Source: an uncultured Planctomycetaceae bacterium
GTDB taxonomy: Bacteria > Planctomycetota > Phycisphaerae > SM23-33
DNA length: 33,167 nt
Reading direction: 5' to 3'
NCBI GenBank assembly: GCA_964449105.1
Contig: CAYUYD010000003.1
Location: 1 to 33,167, forward strand
Part shown: piece after piece, positions 32,400 to 33,167 of the stretch
How positions within the stretch are numbered: the stretch's first letter is position 1
Layout: every line of letters begins with the position of its first letter
The notes under the pieces: generated by a model
Told to the model about the DNA's origin: nothing
Seen by the model: only the letters and a program-made list of their open reading frames with translations
Databases searched by the model: none
Made by a program: the position numbers and the translations under genes

Positions 32400-32975
32400 C
32401 TATGAGATAAGGTCTGTGGCGGTTTCTATGACGGCGATGAGTTTATCGAACTTATACGGGCTGGAAACCACATCGTCGAACCCCTGCCGCAGAAGCATCC
32501 GCTTCTGCCCGCCGGGCAGCGTCCCCGCCAGTGCGATGATGCGGGTGGCAGCCAGGGATGAATTCAACCGCAGATTTTTGACAATTTCCTTCGTGTCCAT
32601 CGCATCGGCATGTACGTCCACGAGGATGACGTGCGGGTGGAAGTTGCCGGTCTTCATGCCGACCTCGAAGTCGTTGGAAGCGATCTGAAGTTCGTACCTA
32701 TCCACCCGGCAGAGGTCGTCGGCCAGGGCGGCTGCTTCGGAGTTCGACGGTGTTACCAGGAGGATGCGTGTAACGTTTCCCTCCAGTTCGGCCAGAGGCA
32801 TATCGTGGTCCTTCATAAACCGAACGAGTTGCATCAGCGGAATTCGCCTGTCCCTGCTGCCGGGGATTCGATAGCCTCGCAGCCGACCCGTATCGAACCA
32901 CTTGCTGACCGTGCGCGGCGCAACACAACAGATCTTCGCCACTTCCCCGGTTGTCAGGACTTCTTTTCGTCTCAT
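32400..32975 (-). CDS. HTH_17-type DNA-binding protein with degenerate (pseudo-)receiver domain; paralog of 3439-4044
   Basis: The HTH is LTTGEVAKICCVAPRTVSKWFDTGRLRGYRIPGSRDRRI. The receiver-like part keeps the phospho-acceptor position (VILVDVHADAMD). It lacks the acidic DD pair (LLVTPSN), and the T/S and KP positions are altered. Confidence 0.8.
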   Translation of the reverse strand: MRRKEVLTTGEVAKICCVAPRTVSKWFDTGRLRGYRIPGSRDRRIPLMQLVRFMKDHDMPLAELEGNVTRILLVTPSNSEAAALADDLCRVDRYELQIASNDFEVGMKTGNFHPHVILVDVHADAMDTKEIVKNLRLNSSLAATRIIALAGTLPGGQKRMLLRQGFDDVVSSPYKFDKLIAVIETATDLIS

Positions 32976-32999
32976 CGCTTCCCGCCGATGGCATCAATG

Positions 33000-33017
33000 A
33001 TATTCATCGGATTCCTA
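33000..33017 (-). promoter_or_regulatory. TAGGAAT-N5-GAATAT motif upstream of the second HTH-receiver gene
   Basis: The minus strand reads TAGGAATccgatGAATAT, 24 nt before ATG 32975. The same motif (TAGGAATtattcGAATAT) occurs on the minus strand at 4105-4127. Confidence 0.3.
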
Positions 33018-33095
33018 CGACGCATCTTTAGTAACACCCGGCGAAGATGTGGTCGGTTTTCAGTGGCGTAAGGTTGCACTGACTGCGACAAAAAA

Positions 33096-33119
33096 CCAGC
33101 AGGGATGCAGGAGATACAG
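33096..33119. repeat. Probable left arm of a fourth family-1 repeat copy (partner arm likely beyond the window)
   Basis: AAAAACCAGCAGGGATGCAGGAGATACAG matches copy A (AATAGCAGGGATACAGGGAATGCA) at about 16/23 positions, with the same A-run prefix. Confidence 0.4.
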
Positions 33120-33167
33120 CGGCTGTGTTTGATTTCAAGCGTTTTTTTCCGGCTGTGGCGACCATAA

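Overview
This 33.2 kb chromosomal window has moderately high GC. Gene content and style suggest Planctomycetota, possibly Phycisphaerae-like, but this is inference only: many prepilin-type pseudopilins, excisionase-type HTH plus receiver regulators, and repeat-rich intergenic DNA. Most genes are housekeeping or metabolic: recQ fragment, dapA, pdxJ, coaD, nadD, malic enzyme, ribD, xylA, yggS, sppA and three tRNAs. They are packed in long co-directional runs. Accessory content includes a gspF plus three pseudopilin genes, a DUF4258/DUF2283 toxin-antitoxin-like pair, an AcsE-like methyltransferase with a RACo-like activase, and two paralogous HTH-receiver regulators. The most unusual object is an 815-aa protein at 6139-8586 (minus strand). 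It has an M50/site-2-protease-like membrane domain followed by an enolase whose two domains are in swapped order (TIM barrel first, N-terminal capping domain last), with the catalytic and metal-binding motifs retained. The non-coding DNA is also notable. There is a strong promoter-to-terminator small RNA candidate with two CU-rich (anti-Shine-Dalgarno-like) hairpin loops, and a second structured RNA candidate. There is a 133-bp MITE-like element with an 8-bp target-site duplication and a 13-unit 10-bp phased tandem array. Several families of long intergenic hairpins have arms built from 7-8 nt periodic motifs. All calls come from reading the sequence and ORF translations; no database search was run.
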